Assembly (NCBI GenBank): GCA_963736005.1
Contig: CAVTNB010000001.1
Span: 1,088,001-1,152,000 of the forward strand
Length of the DNA stretch: 64,000 bases
DNA from: an uncultured Pseudomonadota bacterium
Lineage (GTDB): Bacteria > Vulcanimicrobiota > Vulcanimicrobiia > Eremiobacterales > Eremiobacteraceae
Direction of reading: 5' to 3'
Part shown: piece by piece, positions 60,534-64,000 of the stretch
Layout of the letters: every line of letters begins with the position of its first letter
Position numbering within the stretch: position 1 is the first letter of the stretch
The notes under the pieces: model-generated
Databases searched by the model: none
The model's input: only the letters and a program-made list of their open reading frames with translations
Told to the model about the DNA's origin: nothing
Position numbers and translations under genes: made by a program

Positions 60534-61949
60534 ATGAGTGTAATCCCAAACGTGAAGGCGCTGGAAAGCGCCGTCTTTGCTTCGGTCGAGGATAGGCTCA
60601 GCGCGCTGCTGGAGTTTGGCCTTGGGCTTGCACCGACGGCGACGAATCTCACTGCCTTCGTAGAGCAGTGCCGACATCGCGCGGCGGGCCTCGGTATTCC
60701 CGAGTTGGGCTATTACGATTTGCTTGCGGCTGGAGGTCCCTCTGCCCGCACCGAGTGGATGGCCCTCTCTCCCGTGCTGACCGTTGGCGAAACCTTTCTG
60801 TTTCGCGATACCGCGTTGTGGAAGCTCATCGAGCAACGCCTGCTGCCTGACCTCGCCAAGCTCACACGACCGGTGTGGCTGTGGAGCGCGGGATGCTCGA
60901 CGGGCGAAGAAGCCTACACCCTTGCGCTCGTCGCTCGCCGATCGTTGCCCCAAAGGGGGTTCTCCGTCCTTGGCACCGACGTCAATCCAAAAGCCGTCGC
61001 CGCAGCGAGGGTTGGCGTCTATACGCAATGGTCGCTGCGAGGCGTCGAACACACGCAGCTCGACGGTCTCATCATCTCCGGCACGCAAACCGTGCGCGTG
61101 CACGATGACATCAAACACGACGTGCGCTTCGAAACGCACAATTTGCTCGATGAGAATGCCTACCCACCGTCAGGTATGTCGTCATTTGAATGCATTATCT
61201 GCCGCAACGTTCTCATCTACATGACCGCTGCTGCTCGATCGAAGATCATCGAGAAGCTTGCATCCTGTTTGACCCCCGGTGGCGTGTTGGTGCTCGGTCA
61301 CGGGGAAGCGACGGGCGTTCCCCTCTCGGGCTTAGTCGTCGAACGGCATGACGCGGGCGTCGTGTATCGCAAACCGCTGTACCAGCCGGAGATTGTCGCG
61401 GCAAAGGCGCCTCAAAAACTTGCCTCACGAAAAGCGACCCCGAAAATAAAGGACGCCCCTCGACCCCATAAATCGTTGGCGCGGCCCAAGAGCGCGACGA
61501 AGCTGCCCGAAGCGAAGCTTGCTGCGGGTACCAACCAAGCTGAACGCTGCCGCTCCCTGCTTGCGGTTGCCGCTCGAGCGGCCCGCGCCGGACAGATCGA
61601 TGCGGCCGAGCGCAATGCCGCGCTTGCCATGGCTGCGAACCCGCTCGATCCAGAGCCCCACGTCCTTCTTGCAGCGCTCTACGCCGCTCGGGATGGTTTC
61701 AAGCAGGCCGAGACCGCTTTGCGCCGTGCGCTTTTCCTGGACCCAGCGTGCATTCCGGCATTGTGGCAACTGGGCACGTTGTACCGCATCACCAACCGCG
61801 ATCGCCATGCAGCGCACACGTTTGCTCGCCTGCTCGCGCGACTTGAAGGCCTCCCCCCCGATCAGGAGGCACTGCCGTTCGACAACCTCACGGTCGGCGA
61901 GGTAACGACTCTGTTGCGCGCCGCGCTAGGAGAGCCACTCAATGCGTGA
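60534..61949 (+). CDS. cheR: CheR methyltransferase with C-terminal TPR
   Basis: TVGETFLFRD, WSAGCSTGEEAYTLA, CRNVLIY, LGHGE; TPR LRRALFLDP. Confidence 0.92.
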   Translation: MSVIPNVKALESAVFASVEDRLSALLEFGLGLAPTATNLTAFVEQCRHRAAGLGIPELGYYDLLAAGGPSARTEWMALSPVLTVGETFLFRDTALWKLIEQRLLPDLAKLTRPVWLWSAGCSTGEEAYTLALVARRSLPQRGFSVLGTDVNPKAVAAARVGVYTQWSLRGVEHTQLDGLIISGTQTVRVHDDIKHDVRFETHNLLDENAYPPSGMSSFECIICRNVLIYMTAAARSKIIEKLASCLTPGGVLVLGHGEATGVPLSGLVVERHDAGVVYRKPLYQPEIVAAKAPQKLASRKATPKIKDAPRPHKSLARPKSATKLPEAKLAAGTNQAERCRSLLAVAARAARAGQIDAAERNAALAMAANPLDPEPHVLLAALYAARDGFKQAETALRRALFLDPACIPALWQLGTLYRITNRDRHAAHTFARLLARLEGLPPDQEALPFDNLTVGEVTTLLRAALGEPLNA

Positions 61950-62964
61950 CGCGTCGAGGGACTCAAGCTCACCCGTCGTCACCGCCGCGCATACGCATCT
62001 GCTCGCGCGGGTTGGGAAATATACCATAGCAATTCCCATTGGTATCGTCATTTCGATCCATGAGGCACCGCTTATATTTCCGGTCCCCTGTGCGCAGCCG
62101 GGCATTGCGGGAGCGATTCGCTTCGCTGGCATTGCTGTGCCGGTTTTCGACTTGCGCCGTAGCCTCCGCCTCGAGCAGCGTGCGATCGCACGCAGCGACC
62201 GACTCGTTCTCGTTGACGTCAGCGTGCGGATGATGGCTTTGATTGTGGATGAGGTTCTCGAGTTCATCGCTATAGAGCACGTCACCGAGGAGGGCATCGA
62301 CGGGCTCTTCCGCGACACCCCCGTCAACGCAAACATCATCGCAGGAATTGCGAGCGCACCCGAGCTGTGCGCGGTGATCGAACCCGCCGGTATTGTGCAG
62401 CCTGACGAGTGGGATTCCCAGACGACTCAAAGCGTCTACGATGAGGATGTGAGCGAATCACACCCGCTCTGGGCAAGAACGCTGGCGCTTGCAGAAATAC
62501 CGAAGGCACCCGCCGCAAGTGGTATCGAAGCGGCGATTTGCCAGATAGCCGGTCAGCGTTTTGCCGTCGCCTTGCCGGCCGTCGTCGAATTCTTCACCGC
62601 GGCCTCGCATGCCCCGATTCCCGTGCGCTCCGCCATCGCCGTTTCACTCCTGAACCGCCGCGGCGAGGCGGTCATGCTGTTCGATCCTCGCCCTATTTTG
62701 GGCTTGCCGCCCGCGCCGCTGCCACTTTCCGTTGATGGCATGGTGTTGTCGTGCGACCAGTACGTCATGGCATTGCCCGTCGACAAACTCGAAGGGCTCG
62801 GCGTGCTGACGAGCGTGGATTCAAGCATAAAGCCTGGGCGCTTTTGCGTGTCCGTTCATCCCAGCGAGCAAGGTGCCGTCCTGCTCTTAGATGTCCCCGC
62901 ATTTTTACATCACGTGCAATCTGCGTTCGGCAATCGGCCGCCGGTTGTCAACGCGGTTGCCTAA
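61942..62964 (+). CDS. cheW: Tandem CheW-CheW scaffolding protein
   Basis: Two units: GAIRFAG..VPVFDLR..ALIVDEV and LNRRGE..FDPR..LPVDKL. Confidence 0.8.
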   Translation: MRDASRDSSSPVVTAAHTHLLARVGKYTIAIPIGIVISIHEAPLIFPVPCAQPGIAGAIRFAGIAVPVFDLRRSLRLEQRAIARSDRLVLVDVSVRMMALIVDEVLEFIAIEHVTEEGIDGLFRDTPVNANIIAGIASAPELCAVIEPAGIVQPDEWDSQTTQSVYDEDVSESHPLWARTLALAEIPKAPAASGIEAAICQIAGQRFAVALPAVVEFFTAASHAPIPVRSAIAVSLLNRRGEAVMLFDPRPILGLPPAPLPLSVDGMVLSCDQYVMALPVDKLEGLGVLTSVDSSIKPGRFCVSVHPSEQGAVLLLDVPAFLHHVQSAFGNRPPVVNAVA

Positions 62965-63010
62965 AGAGAGCGGACCGCAACGTCCGCCGCCACGCTCACA
63001 AGGAGTTGTC

Positions 63011-64000
63011 ATGAAAGCTCACGGTACGCTCAGCAGTTTGCACGAGAGGTTTTTCAAAGAGAAAACGATCAGCCGGCGCATTTGGAGCATGGTGCTCTTG
63101 ATGAGCGTCATCGTCGCCGTCCAAATCATGCTCGTTATCGCACTGCCGAAAGTGATCTTCAATCAGGAGCGCAGCATCATCGATAGCCTCGAGCCCATCA
63201 TTCTGACGAGCACCGACGTGCGCGGCGATGTCTTGAGCATGATTGGCGGCGCCGCGCAGTGGGGTCTCACAGGCAAGCCGACTGATTTGGTCTTGTATCG
63301 CGATGGCTTGGCGGCATTGCCCAACGACATTACCACCTTGAAGATGGTCGGCAACGCGAACGGCAGCCGTGACCTAGACGACAAAATCGACGCCCTTGCT
63401 TCAGCTGCGCAAGACGAATTTACGACCGTGCAGGCCATCGTTTCAGGCGCTGACGTCAACCCGGCGAACATCAAACGTCAAGTGACGGCCGGCTTCAATG
63501 CCGAGCGCGAACAGCTCTCCCAATTCATGAAGGCGGAGCGCGACCTCAATCTCGCTGTCGAAAATGAACGATCCGTGCGCGAGCATCAGGCAGCCACGCT
63601 CATGACCATCCTTGTGCTGTTCCTCGTCGCGACGTCCCTTATGGTTGCGGGTATTGCTTTCTATGTTGCCAAGCGAAACGTTGAAGCGGTAACCAACGCC
63701 GCGCGAGCACTTTCTGATGTCTCCAACGCCATCGCCTCGGGCGATTTCACCGGGCGCGTTGACCTGCGGAGCGAAGATGAACTCGAGCTCTTGGGCGCTG
63801 CGTTGAACAACATGGTGGAAAAGCTCGGTGTCTCGCTCCAGCAAGTGCAAAGTACGGTCAACGAATCGACGGTCGCGGTCATGCAAATCGCCACAACGGC
63901 GCAAGAGCAGGAGCGCATGACCACGCAGCAATCAGTGGCGATGAGCGAGATCTCTCAAACGATTCAAGAGCTGAACTCGTCGTCGCAAAACACTGCTTCG
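63011..64000 (+). CDS. Methyl-accepting chemotaxis protein (runs off the window end)
   Basis: AAGGAG RBS and ATG 63011; TM1, periplasmic domain, TM2, HAMP (IASGDF..DELELLG..NNM), start of signalling helices. Confidence 0.85.
   Translation, partial: MKAHGTLSSLHERFFKEKTISRRIWSMVLLMSVIVAVQIMLVIALPKVIFNQERSIIDSLEPIILTSTDVRGDVLSMIGGAAQWGLTGKPTDLVLYRDGLAALPNDITTLKMVGNANGSRDLDDKIDALASAAQDEFTTVQAIVSGADVNPANIKRQVTAGFNAEREQLSQFMKAERDLNLAVENERSVREHQAATLMTILVLFLVATSLMVAGIAFYVAKRNVEAVTNAARALSDVSNAIASGDFTGRVDLRSEDELELLGAALNNMVEKLGVSLQQVQSTVNESTVAVMQIATTAQEQERMTTQQSVAMSEISQTIQELNSSSQNTAS

Overview
GC-rich bacterial chromosomal window. The gene content (TonB-receptor-like protein, S53 peptidases, phosphoesterase, DUF4331) suggests a diderm Terrabacteria member such as Eremiobacterota/Vulcanimicrobiota; this is an inference, not verified. 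About 45 CDS are present: transporters, secreted peptidases/hydrolases, two large STAND-type regulators, LemA/TPM, a DUF1326-DUF2182-TetR-hydrolase/GT operon, a DUF4331-DUF4331-TPR operon, Ni/Co transporters and the start of a chemosensory cluster. One complete rRNA operon lies on the minus strand (16S-23S-5S, no spacer tRNA). Highlights: (1) the 23S gene carries three ORF-less group I introns at E. coli-equivalent sites L1931, L2500 and L2593. The L2500 intron looks like a paralog of the L2593 intron but lacks the 3' strand of the P7 guanosine-binding site. (2) Three families of GTAG-footed REP-like hairpins occur throughout the window, including two peripheral loops of the L1931 ribozyme and an extra 23S helix. 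(3) An exact TCATCC-N16-CGTT motif (ECF-sigma-like promoter) occurs twice before the DUF4331 operon and once before the distant Ni/Co transporter operon, suggesting a split metal-acquisition regulon. All family assignments are by eye from motifs; no searches were run.
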